Positions 29,520-40,897 of a DNA stretch of 64,000 nt are shown piece after piece. The notes under the pieces were generated by a model, which did not search any database, was not told the origin of the DNA, and worked only from the letters and a program-made list of their open reading frames with translations. Position numbers and translations under genes: made by a program. Position 1 is the stretch's first letter, and every line of letters starts with the position of its first letter. Source of the DNA: Octopus sinensis (lineage: Eukaryota); assembly GCF_006345805.1 (NCBI RefSeq), contig NC_043009.1, positions 32,674,001 to 32,738,000 on the forward strand, in the 5' to 3' direction.

Positions 29520-30110
29520 TGATCAATGTTTGTTGAATTGTGCTCAGCTGAATGCTGGGTGTCGGCATGAAACTTGCAATAAATCTATTTACATGACCAT
29601 TGTTGCTTCGATGGCCTTGTAATTGTATTCAAAGAAATATACTGCTTTAACTACCTTGTCACAGCTTGGTAACTCAAAAGGCATTTACAGTTTGGGGCAA
29701 TGTAGATATTCTCGTACAGCAAACGCAGCATAGTTCCTGAGATAGTCACTGAAGCAGATAATCATGGGTAGGTTGGTAGTGTTGGATGAGATGCCATCCA
29801 TAGTGAAGGAAGATAGATTCATATTTTCAACGGTATAAACCTATGAATACTTTGGTATGGATTATGGAAATGTCAGGAATGCCAAAGAAATTGAGTTAGC
29901 CATATGTAGCGAAAACATAGTACATATTTTCAAATGTGTTAGCTCCAATGAATATTCAGCCATTTTCAAAGTCTATTCAAGTAAATAACATACGCAACAC
30001 ATAAAACATTTTCAACAAATATTTTCACGGAATCTAGATGATATGTCGATGTCGACACACCGATAGCCACGGATTGTTCATATTGGCATGTGAAGCCCTC
30101 ATAGAAACAC
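29520..30110 (+). mobile_element. Possible heavily decayed CR1/L2-like LINE 3' ORF fragment
   Basis: Weak remnants such as IVHIFKCVSSNEYSAIFKVY resembling the post-RT region of CR1/L2; many stops. Confidence 0.25.
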
Positions 30111-30888
30111 TTTGAAAAGCATGCAGCCCAGCCCTTTGAATCATTGGTTATACAAAATAAATTCTGATTCCCTAACCGGAAATTGTTGGTGAGAGGGATG
30201 CTAATACATACACATATGCATGCATATACAAACATGCATCCATACACACACAAACACAAATATCAGTAAACTTTTAGGCACACTGATTTGCATAATTTTC
30301 TGGCATATCAAGGAGGTAACTTAACATGCTGTAATATATTTGTGTGTGTGTGTATGTGTGTGTGCATATATTTGTATATGAGTGTCTATTTTGTAGGTAT
30401 GGGGCTGTGTACATATGTATATGTGTGTGTATGTGTAAGTGTCTATGTATGTACATATAGATGAGTATTGACAGAATCGTTAGAAACCACGGATACATTG
30501 ATTTCCCCTTTTCTTTTGGTTCTCTGCTTTTCGGGTTCAAATGCAACCTTGTCGTTTATATTTTTCGGCGAATAAATGTCAGTCCGCACTAAACTCAAAT
30601 TTTACCCCACTTCTATTTCTCTCCCCGTCTGTCTCTTTCTCTTTCTCTCCCTCCGTTTCTCACTCTCTTACTATCTCTTTTTCACTCTTTCTCTCTCCCC
30701 CTATCTCTCTCTCCCTCCATCTCTCTCTCCCTCTCTCTGCTTTGTTCTCCCACTCTCTGGAATGTATCGATTCGGTTACAACCTGGAGAGACATGACCTC
30801 CGCCAGAATTCATGATTTTGCTACGCCGTTTGTCGTGACATTTCTCCTACGAATTGTGGGCTCATCAATAGAACTAAAAGTGTTTACA

Positions 30889-30926
<38 letters not shown>

Positions 30927-30931
<5 letters not shown>

Positions 30932-31162
30932 GAAGGTTTGAAGATGCAATTTTGAAGATGTTTATTCACTTAACCGGTTTCACTTTTTTAGAAAAAGATC
31001 GTCAAAAGTAAAATGTAAAGCTTTGTACAAGCTTTGTTGTGTTAAGTACTGTTACAAAACTTATACAAAGCTTTACATTTTACTTTTGACAATTTTTTCT
31101 AAAAAGTGAAGCCGGTCAAGTGAATAAACATCTTTAAAATTACATTTTCACACCTTCTTTCA
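30927..31162. mobile_element. Foldback MITE with ~105-bp inverted arms, in a TA context
   Basis: 30927-31031 is an imperfect reverse complement of 31060-31162 (gaagatgtttattcactt / aagtgaataaacatcttt; gtcaaaagtaaaatgtaaagctttgta / tacaaagctttacattttacttttgac); tatatat on both sides. Confidence 0.85.
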
Positions 31163-32450
31163 TATATATTTTCATTCGTGCGGTACCTTACAATTTTACC
31201 TATAGTCAAATGTACTTATAGTCAAATATAATTTGTATTCCGATTTTGTTTTCAGATTTTATAAATATGGACATACAATCACCCACACATGCACACACGA
31301 GCACACACACGCACACACATGAGTACACACTTACATATGTATATCTATTTCTGACCGTGTTCATACGTGTGTTAAGGAATTTTCACAAAGGAACAACAAT
31401 ATATGACTTAAGGGATCTTCTGAGACACAAGGACGGAATCATACTTGGGTTTTCATTGGGATATTAGGGTGTGTAATAATATAGACAATCTAATTCCTGA
31501 CTGACATTGCTCTTTGGAATTATTGCAGCAATGAAGGGAATAGCATGAAATATCTCATCATAAATATGGCCGAGATACATGAGCGATAGACCAAAGATAA
31601 CTGTAACAAAATCACCTTAAAGAAGCTTGAAAAGAAAATAGTTACAACGTTATTGGAATGCTTACAATAGTTTGCAATTCTGTGAGGTAACTGAAAGGAA
31701 ACCAAAAGAACAAGAAATATAAAATGGTAGCCATAAGAGCAAGTATTTTCCTTAGAACCATCCTTGACACACAGGCAGGAGCAACGCTGTAGGATAGCAC
31801 AGAACGCTTCGTAATATTCTATCTGCGGGATTATTTATATTATATTAAAATAGCGAGCAATTTGGAAAGACATCTGATGCTTCGGAATGAGACACTGACA
31901 TCACGGGAAGGTGAAAGGGTAAAGCAAAAGTAGTCAGGAAAATATAAATGGCCCAGATTAGAGCAAATGCCAAACAGAGTTTCCAAGAAGAAAAGAAGCC
32001 AGTTCTTTAGTAGCGAGTTCTTCCTCTCTAAATCACCTGTAAAATGTATACAAGAAGATTATTTGAATGTATAGCCGCACCGTAAATCCTCTGTTATTTT
32101 ACATATGAACATAACCAGATAACGACCAATAAAGTAACGAACAATATTCACAACCGGAATTTCTTCACTGGCTTCAGTGATATGTTAACTGTCAAAAATC
32201 TTGTCTTGATCATTTTATTTACAAACCATAAAACGAAAACAGACTGTCACAAAGCGAACTCTATTCATGCTCGGTCATCTATCGCTAAACAATCTTATGA
32301 ATCTACCTAGCATCTTAAAAAAGGGGCAGCTAGTTGGCCTGTAGAGATGTTCGATGGGCTCCCATTCCTGGGAGAATTAAGACGATGAGTTTGAGAAAGC
32401 AGAATTAGTGTCATCAACACAGGTGGTGTATAGATATATATATATATATA

Positions 32451-32606
32451 GGTAGAGTTTACGAAAAAAACAAAAGACGAAGACAGGTATAACGCTCAGG
32501 AATAGAAAAAAAGTATTTTACGTTTCGTGCCTACGCTCTTCTACAGAAAGGGACACAGAAAAAAACAAGGAGAGAAAAAAAGGAGAGAAAAAAGGGGAGG
32601 AAAAAT
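32451..32606 (-). mobile_element. Short TA-flanked repeat with PLE-type hammerhead-like motif (copy A)
   Basis: Homologous to 47587-47740. Minus strand cuuu-CUGUAGA-A-GAGC GUAG GCAC-GAAA-CGUA-aaa (32516-32549). (TA)n on both sides. Confidence 0.55.
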
Positions 32607-32755
32607 GTATATATATATATATATATATATTGTATAGAGGGCATTATTACACATAAATGCCTCACACTAGGAGGGACAAAGTCATTACTACCAAAAATTA
32701 TACTAATCATACCCAAATGCAGTTTTTCAAAGCAAGACATTTAAAAATGAATTAT

Positions 32756-32811
32756 GTTCTGTATCACCGTGATTTCACATACAACTTGCGTCTAATGATC
32801 GTCAGCAGAAC
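32756..32811 (-). ncRNA. Minimal type I hammerhead ribozyme, unit 1
   Basis: Minus strand GUUCUG CUGACGA UCAUUAGAC-GCAA-GUUGUAUGU GAAA UCAC-G-GUGA UA CAGAAC. Stem I is 6 bp (extendable by GAAU/AUUC). Core boxes intact. Stem II is CAU/AUG plus GAC/GUU with a GNRA loop, and stem III is near-palindromic AUCAC-G-GUGAU. Predicted AUA cleavage between 32762 and 32761. The 10.1-11.1 pair is U.U instead of G-C. Confidence 0.7.
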
Positions 32812-33233
32812 TGATTCTGAATACATCATAAATAAACTACCAACCTTACGTAGCGGAGACGAACAGACAACTGCTCACTCCGGCCAAGCACATGGAATGT
32901 TATAAATCATATATCCGGTAAATGGCGGGCTTTTTACGAACTGCATGTCGGGTAATGAAAAGTATTTCGGAATAAGTTTAACAATTAAGGATAATCTCTA
33001 ATAAGGGATCTTAACAAGAAATTATCGGGTAGCTAGCGTGAAAACCTCATAAAAGAAAAGAATCCGAAAATAATTTTTTTCTTTTGAACAAATTAATTAT
33101 ATCTATATTGTATAGAGGGCATTATTACACATAAATGCCTCACACTAGGAGGGACAAAGTCATTACTACCAAAAATTATACTAATCATACCCAAATGCAG
33201 TTTTTCAAAGCAAGACATTTAAAAATGAATTAT

Positions 33234-33289
33234 GTTCTGTATCACCGTGATTTCACATACAACTTGCGTCTAATGATCGTCAGCAGAAC
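33234..33289 (-). ncRNA. Minimal type I hammerhead ribozyme, unit 2
   Basis: Same 56-nt motif as 32756-32811. Confidence 0.7.
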
Positions 33290-33712
33290 TGATTCTGAAT
33301 ACATCATAAATAAACTACCAACCTTACGTAGCGGAGACGAACAGACAACTGCTCACTCCGGCCAAGCACATGGAATGTTTATAAATCATATATCCGGTAA
33401 ATGGCGGGCTTTTTACGAACTGCATGTCGGGTAATGAAAAGTATTTCGGAATAAGTTTAACAATTAAGGATAATCTCTTAATAAGGGATCTTAACAAGAA
33501 ATTATCGGGTAGCTAGCGTGAAAACCTCATAAAAGAAAAGAATCCGAAAATAATTTTTTTCTTTTGAACAAATTAATTATATCTATATTGTATAGAGGGC
33601 ATTATTACACATAAATGCCTCACACTAGGAGGGACAAAGTCATTACTACCAAAAATTATACTAATCATACCAAATGCAGTTTTTCAAAGCAAGACATTTA
33701 AAAATGAATTAT

Positions 33713-33768
33713 GTTCTGTATCACCGTGATTTCACATACAACTTGCGTCTAATGATCGTCAGCAGAAC
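33713..33768 (-). ncRNA. Minimal type I hammerhead ribozyme, unit 3
   Basis: Same 56-nt motif as 32756-32811. Confidence 0.7.
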
Positions 33769-34192
33769 TGATTCTGAATACATCATAAATAAACTACCAA
33801 CCTTACGTAGCGGAGACGAACAGACAACTGCTCACTCCGGCCAAGCACATGGAATGTTTATAAATCATATATCCGGTAAATGGCGGGCTTTTTACGAACT
33901 GCATGTCGGGTAATGAAAAGTATTTCGGAATAAGTTTAACAATTAAGGATAATCTCTTAATAAGGGATCTTAACAAGAAATTATCGGGTAGCTAGCGTGA
34001 AAACCTCATAAAAGAAAAGAATCCGAAAATAATTTTTTTCTTTTGAACAAATTAATTATATCTATATTGTATAGAGGGCATTATTACACATGAATGCCTC
34101 ACACTAGGAGGGACAAAGTCATTACTACCAAAAATTATACTAATCATACCCAAATGCAGTTTTTCAAAGCAAGACATTTAAAAATGAATTAT

Positions 34193-34248
34193 GTTCTGTA
34201 TCACCGTGATTTCACATACAACTTGCGTCTAATGATCGTCAGCAGAAC
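34193..34248 (-). ncRNA. Minimal type I hammerhead ribozyme, unit 4
   Basis: Same 56-nt motif as 32756-32811. Confidence 0.7.
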
Positions 34249-34670
34249 TGATTCTGAATACATCATAAATAAACTACCAACCTTACGTAGCGGAGACGAA
34301 CAGACAACTGCTCACTCCGGCCAAGCACATGGAATGTTATAAATCATATATCCGGTAATGGCGGGCTTTTTACGAACTGCATGTCGGGTAATGAAAAGTA
34401 TTTCGGAATAAGTTTAACAATTAAGGATAATCTCTTAATAAGGGATCTTAACAAGAAATTATCGGGTAGCTAGCGTGAAAACCTCATAAAAGAAAAGAAT
34501 CCGAAAATAATTTTTTTCTTTTGAACAAATTAATTATATCTATATTGTATAGAGGGCATTATTACACATAAATGCCTCACACTAGGAGGGACAAAGTCAT
34601 TACTACCAAAAATTATACTAATCATACCCAAATGCAGTTTTTCAAAGCAAGACATTTAAAAATGAATTAT

Positions 34671-34726
34671 GTTCTGTATCACCGTGATTTCACATACAAC
34701 TTGCGTCTAATGATCGTCAGCAGAAC
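34671..34726 (-). ncRNA. Minimal type I hammerhead ribozyme, unit 5
   Basis: Same 56-nt motif as 32756-32811. Confidence 0.7.
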
Positions 34727-35150
34727 TGATTCTGAATACATCATAAATAAACTACCAACCTTACGTAGCGGAGACGAACAGACAACTGCTCACTCCGGCC
34801 AAGCACATGGAATGTTTATAAATCATATATCCGGTAAATGGCGGGCTTTTTACGAACTGCATGTCGGGTAATGAAAAGTATTTCGGAATAAGTTTAACAA
34901 TTAAGGATAATCTCTTAATAAGGGATCTTAACAAGAAATTATCGGGTAGCTAGCGTGAAAACCTCATAAAAGAAAAGAATCCGAAAATAATTTTTTTCTT
35001 TTGAACAAATTAATTATATCTATATTGTATAGAGGGCATTATTACACATAAATGCCTCACACTAGGAGGGACAAAGTCATTACTACCAAAAATTATACTA
35101 ATCATACCCAAATGCAGTTTTTCAAAGCAAGACATTTAAAAATGAATTAT

Positions 35151-35206
35151 GTTCTGTATCACCGTGATTTCACATACAACTTGCGTCTAATGATCGTCAG
35201 CAGAAC
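35151..35206 (-). ncRNA. Minimal type I hammerhead ribozyme, unit 6 (in the spacer of the terminal inverted repeat)
   Basis: Same 56-nt motif; lies in the 131-nt spacer 35126-35256 between the 237-bp inverted arms. Confidence 0.7.
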
Positions 35207-35489
35207 TGATTCTGAATACATCATAAATAAACTACCAACCTTACGTAGCGGAGACGTTGAAAAACTGCATTTGGGTATGATTAGTATAATTTTTGGTAGT
35301 AATGACTTTGTCCCTCCTAGTGTGAGGCATTTATGTGTAATAATGCCCTCTATACAATATAGATATAATTAATTTGTTCAAAAGAAAAAAATTATTTTCG
35401 GATTCTTTTCTTTTATGAGGTTTTCACGCTAGCTACCCGATAATTTCTTGTTAAGATCCCTTATTAAGAGATTATCCTTAATTGTTAAA

Positions 35490-35523
<34 letters not shown>

Positions 35524-36448
35524 TTGTTGCTGTATGTTATGCTTGCTGTTATTCTGTCCATGCAGAAAATGTTTTATTCACATCTAAGTCAGGTAGATAT
35601 ATCCTGATGCACGAACATACCAATGCACTAGTGTAATGATATTTGAATGCACAGTAACTGGTAACAGGTTGTTTTTCGCAAGCAAGACAAAAAAAAAAGA
35701 AAGAAAAAAGGACAGAAGAGTGTAAACAAAATAATATGGAAACCGAGACTTCTAAATGCTTCCGAAATTGTAAACCATGCATTGGCCATTCTTAAGTAAC
35801 ATCACTGCAGTTCGAAATCGGTGTGATGGTCACGAGACAACTAATGAAAAGAAAGCTTTTCGCATAGCAAGCAATTTGTTATTTAATTTTATGTATGTAT
35901 GTACGTCTGTATATATGTATGTATATGTGTGTGTGTCTGTGCGCGTGTGTGTGTCTGTGCATGTGTGTGTGTCTGTGTCTGTGAGTATGTGTGTGTGTTA
36001 TCTTTGAGTTCTATTTAAGTTCCTCGCAAGAGACTTCACACCGGTTGCTAGCTCCCGGTGTTTCAATGTGAAACGTCTTACAAATCTTCATTGTGCTGCT
36101 AATAGAATCCACGTCAGTTTCTTTAGCTCTTTCTTCGTAAAACCTGCTGTTTGTAAGTCTTTATGCAAATTTGAAAGTACATGGTCTAAAGCACCTATCA
36201 TGATAGATTAAAATGAGAATTTATAGTTAGAGTACGAAAGGTATAAGTTCCGCGTTAATTAACCATAAATCTTTGCTTTTCGCTGGACTTCTGATGGTAC
36301 ATTCCCATCCTAGGGCAGCTGACCTCTACAGCAGTTCATGGCATTAGTATCACCTGTGTTATATTAGTTCCGAGTTGCTGTTATTATTAGAGGGTTCTCC
36401 CTGTATTCCTAGTTGCTAAAAGTGTGAATACATGCATGTATGTATATA

Positions 36449-36820
36449 TTCTTTTATTTGTTTGACTGCGGCCATGCCGGAGCACCGCCTTTAGTCGAGC
36501 AAATCGGCCCCAGGACCTATTCTTTGTAAGCCTAGTACTTATTCTATCATTCTCTTTTGCCGAACCGCTAAGTAACGGGGACGTAAACACATCAGCAAAT
36601 TTTGGCAAGCGATGCTGGGGGAACAAAAACAAATACACGAACATATATATATATACGAAGGGCTTCTTTAAGCTTCCGTCTACCAAATCTACTCACAAGG
36701 GTTTGGTCGGTCCGAGGAAATAGTAAAAGACACATGCCCAAGGTGCCACGCAATGGGACTGAAGCCGGAACGATGTGGCTTGCATGCAAGCTACTTACCG
36801 CACAGCCACTCCTGCACCTA
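36449..36820 (-). mobile_element. SINE, OK-like family, near full length
   Basis: Complete body through tRNA-like head (...cccaaggtgccacgcaatgggactgaagccggaac...ttaccgcacagccactcctgcacc). Confidence 0.85.
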
Positions 36821-36853
36821 TGTATATTCATATGTATATATATATATATATAT

Positions 36854-36897
<44 letters not shown>

Positions 36898-37694
36898 TAT
36901 AAAAAAATATGTGTATGTATAGGCATATAAAAATACTCATACATACGCACACACACATACACACGCACGCAAACACACATATACATGTGTATATATATGT
37001 GTGTGTGTATGTATGTATGCATGTGTATAAAGAGACATAGTGATTCAGACAGAGAGAGGCAGTGTGGTAGTGACAGACAGACTGGCGGACAGACGCGTAT
37101 ATAACTTGTCTTATTAAGAAATAGTGTAAGTTTATTAATAAGTTACATGTTTTAAATTCTACATATACGTCTATTAATATTTCTTCGTTTCGTAATATTT
37201 AGCTTTTCATAATTTCTCTTCTTCACAGAATTTCATTTCCGCGTTTATAATGGATCTTAATCGACTTTTGCAATCTTTAATTAATTCTATCAAACTTAAT
37301 TATCTGCTATGTCAGTAAGCAAGACAAATTTCATCTACATTATAACTAGAGTTTATTAAATATTTCCCCTAGAGACGATTAAAATAATCGAAATCCATGG
37401 CAGGTAAACCGATCACAGCATATCAAAGGAAATTTAATACAAATATTTGCGCCAACCCCACCATTGTTATTTAGAAAGAAGATTGATGAGAAAAATTGTT
37501 AAATTATAAATTTATGGCTTGTTGTTTTAGGTGTGTTTTTACTAAAGATCAGACAAATACGCTTGAGTCATGATTGAAATTGTTCATATCTTTAATATTT
37601 TTTTGTTTATTCAATAATTTATACAAATACATAGTTACATTCGCGTAAACACGCAGCCAAATGTTCACACATACATAAATACATACGTACATAT

Positions 37695-37743
<49 letters not shown>

Positions 37744-38009
37744 AATTTACACGGAACGAGACACACGCATGTTCATCTCTAGTGGTTAAATTCATTACAG
37801 TAAAGCAATTAAACCCACATTTTTAAAGCACATTTTTCGTAAACATAGGCAAGTCTGCGTATTTGTAGTGTAGAGATAAACACGATGTGCCTGACAAGTA
37901 AATATAAACTCTCAACGCATAACAATTAGAGGATTTGTAAAAGGGAGTTTGTGCTAGGGATGGGGTTACGTTATAAAATATTGCTGTACATAACTCGCTA
38001 CCAATGAAT

Positions 38010-38125
38010 ATGATTAAAGGTGCACAAGGTCGTGAGGTGTGGGCAGAGGCTGGATCATTTCACACCTGAAGTCGGTGTTAAGCAGGATGTCCTCTCACCT
38101 CTACTTCGTTGTGTAATTTTGTGAA
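38010..38125 (+). mobile_element. Small LINE RT fragment
   Basis: ttcacacctgaagtcggtgttaagcaggatgtcctctcacctctactt = FTPEVGVKQDVLSPLL, cf. RT motif GV.QG..LSPLLF. Confidence 0.5.
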
Positions 38126-39045
38126 TGTAATATTTGCGGCATCATTAGCTTAGCATACGTTGCTACTTCTGAAGAGAGAAAGAATGTTTCGCAGCTTTCA
38201 ATTTCTGTGTATGTGATAGCAAGATAGGCAGTTTGTTGTTTGGCAGCAATTTGAAGCAAACAGGTATCAATATTTTGGCTGTTGTTAAGGAGCGGTGGTA
38301 TTGTGCAATCCTCGTCTTCTAATGAAATCGCAGGGACGCCGTTGCAACGCACGGAGTCAGGAATGAACAGAACAAGAGGAAAAAAGAAAGGGAGAAATAG
38401 AGAGAGAGGATGAAAGGCAGGAAAACAAGACAGAGATCAAAATATCGACACAAATACTCGACAGATGCATGACTTTTCAACCGTGAAAAGAAGAAACAAA
38501 AAGTTGTCTTTAGCGATATTTGAACCTGGAGTATAGGAATTGGATCAAGTCTCACAATGCATTTTATCCGACATTCTAATAACTCTACGAATCGACCATC
38601 GAGAACAGGAACGTCAAATAGTAAGAAAGGATTATAGGTTCAAAGCCATTTCAGGAACTGTGCATTCTTCTTCTCCACACAAGGTGCTGAAATGTTCCTC
38701 CCCTTTGTAGCTTTTATTGTTTAGAGAGTTTAATTAAGTGTCAATTAATAAGCGGATCGTAACAGCATCTCTCCTGCGTTTGCATGTTCTCTACGTAATC
38801 CAATGTGCTATCGCGCAGTCGGCAGTGGAAATGTTGAGAACGTGTCGATTGTGGTTGTGTGCAAAATATAGAGGAACATCGTTGAGGTGAGTTACAATTA
38901 CTTAGTTTTCTCAAATGGTTCAGGAGTACAGAAAATCCATAACCAAGTATATTAAGAAAAGAAGTCGCACAACTCTCGATGATTTTAAATTACATATTAA
39001 ATAGATCGTTTGAAAAACTTTGCTCTGATAGTTTTATCCTTTATA

Positions 39046-39210
39046 TTTTACTTCGTTCAGTCATTAGACCGCGGCCATGCTGTTGCACCGCCTCGAAATA
39101 TTTTCAACCGAATGAATTGACTCCAATACTTATTAAAGCCTGGTATTTATTCTATCAATCTATTTTACCGAACCTCTAAGTTACAGGGACGTAAATACAC
39201 CAACACAATG

Positions 39211-39267
<57 letters not shown>

Positions 39268-39364
39268 CTTTCCGTTTCCGTCTACCAAATCTGCTCTCAG
39301 CGCTTTGGTCGACCTGAGGTTATAGCAGAAGACACTTGCTCGATGGGTCAGGCAGTGATACTGA
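39046..39364 (-). mobile_element. SINE, OK-like family, partly deleted
   Basis: ttcagtcattagaccgcggccatgctg...taagttacagggacgtaaatacacc...tttccgtctaccaaatc...gaagacacttgc. Confidence 0.75.
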
Positions 39365-40897
39365 CAACGTGAAATACTTTGACCATAGAAACAGAGAGCC
39401 GTGCGGTAATCCTACACATCGTCTACTTAATGTACAATGAACATATTAACCTATGCACCAGTAGCAAAATGTAATGCGACTGTAGTAAAGTGATACAAAG
39501 AAAAATGGAATTTGAAGTTTGCAAAAAATGTCTGCAGTAATGATAATGAATATACTGGTGACACGAAAGCGAAGTAGTCGTTGGTTAGAGATCTAATGTC
39601 ATTTTAATGTTTATGGAACAATTTTATAAGAAAGGTAATTTCACAAAATGACTTAGGTTATAAATAACAGAGTTTTATTCAAAGTGGTACAACTAATAAC
39701 TCTGAACGAAAACACACAGAGAAAATAAGTAAAAATAGGTCATTTCTTATGTATGCAACAACGAAGCTACCGCTTTCAGTGCATCTTTGTATAAAAGCGA
39801 TGCTTTTAAGGAAATGTGTTTACAATTATATTTATGTAGGGTATACTTGCTAATAAGTTCTCAACACGTAAAGAATGGAACAAGCCAGACAATTCTATCC
39901 TCTGGAGTATTTCAATAAATTCCCTCGATGTTATCATGTATTTGGCCTACGGATATGGCCTAATGATCCTGCTTAATTCCTTTGCCTGTTTGTAAATGGA
40001 AATGTGTTAGTGATATATAGGTTTTATACCGAAGAGAGAGAAAAAGAAAAGAGTTATGACATTTTACCATTTACATATATGGAAATATATAATAATTATC
40101 TTTTTATTCTAGTATTTACATCCAGCTTTGCTCGGGGTGGGGTGGGACGGAAGTGGCAATCGATCGTGTCTATGACAATACATAGCTGTTCCTCTAGACT
40201 GTCTTTGTCGTGATAGGAGAGGCCCCTAAATCTCAATATATAGCTATTTACAACTTTAAACAGTTATACAGCTATTATTATAGCTGTACTATGCTGCCAA
40301 AAATAAACTAAAATTCTTTTATAAATGACAAACTGATTTAACCAACCATCGTCGAGAGTAGAAAGGACATAGAATGTTCTGAAAAATCTTGAATAGATAG
40401 ATGAATTACTATTCATATATCTACCATGTGTTTCTGCTGTAGCATTGAGAACGAAAATAATACCCAGTAATTTTAGTAACGTTAATCCAAAACTCCATTT
40501 CAACAGCACTCATTTACGTCAACAATATTCATTTACCTGATGCACGTAAAAATTATTCAATTATATATAATATCATGTATTTCAATAAAATCTCCAATTT
40601 TTTTAAATTTGTAGAACGATCCACTGGATGCTAAATAAAAAAAAAAAACAAAGATGAGCTTTAACATAATTATTTATGGTTTATCTGGTGGCCTTTGTGG
40701 AGCACAACTACCTAATACTATCTATAACAACACAGCCTCAAACTTGCTTCTTTTCAAAGATGCCTATATTAGTTTTATGCTTTTATTTTGAAATTTGCAA
40801 CCTATGAATCTATATAAACGGGTATTTCATTTTCTTTTGTCATTGATGCATGAATGATACTCTATGATGTGTCAGTATGGATAGTATAAACTGTAAA

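Larger units (their letters stand above)
32631..35493 (-). mobile_element. Tandem array of a 480-bp hammerhead-bearing unit (candidate non-LTR retrozyme), ~5.5 direct copies plus terminal 237-bp inverted segment, inserted in a (TA)n tract
   Basis: Units (start tgtatagagggc) at 32631, 33109, 33589, 34068, 34546, 35026; spacing 478-480. Differences are single-base homopolymer indels plus one a>g at 34092. Last copy stops at 35256; 35257-35493 is the reverse complement of 34889-35125. (TA)n flanks at 32608-32630 and 35494-35520. One hammerhead motif per unit on the minus strand. Confidence 0.8.

Noticed and set aside
31500-31830. Possible R4/Dong C-terminal remnant (ATL.G.HRTLRNILS after frameshift)
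   Set aside because: Requires frameshifts and rests on one short motif; not supportable without a profile search.
33109-33588. Endless (rolling-circle) ORF in the 480-nt unit, whose length is divisible by 3
   Set aside because: All three minus-strand frames hit a stop within the first ~55 nt after tataattaa (TAA, TAA, TGA), and all plus frames also contain stops.
32631-35256. CRISPR array or plain satellite interpretation
   Set aside because: No repeat-spacer alternation and eukaryotic context. Short copy number, TA-tract insertion, terminal inversion and ribozyme motif fit a retro-insertion better than a classical satellite.
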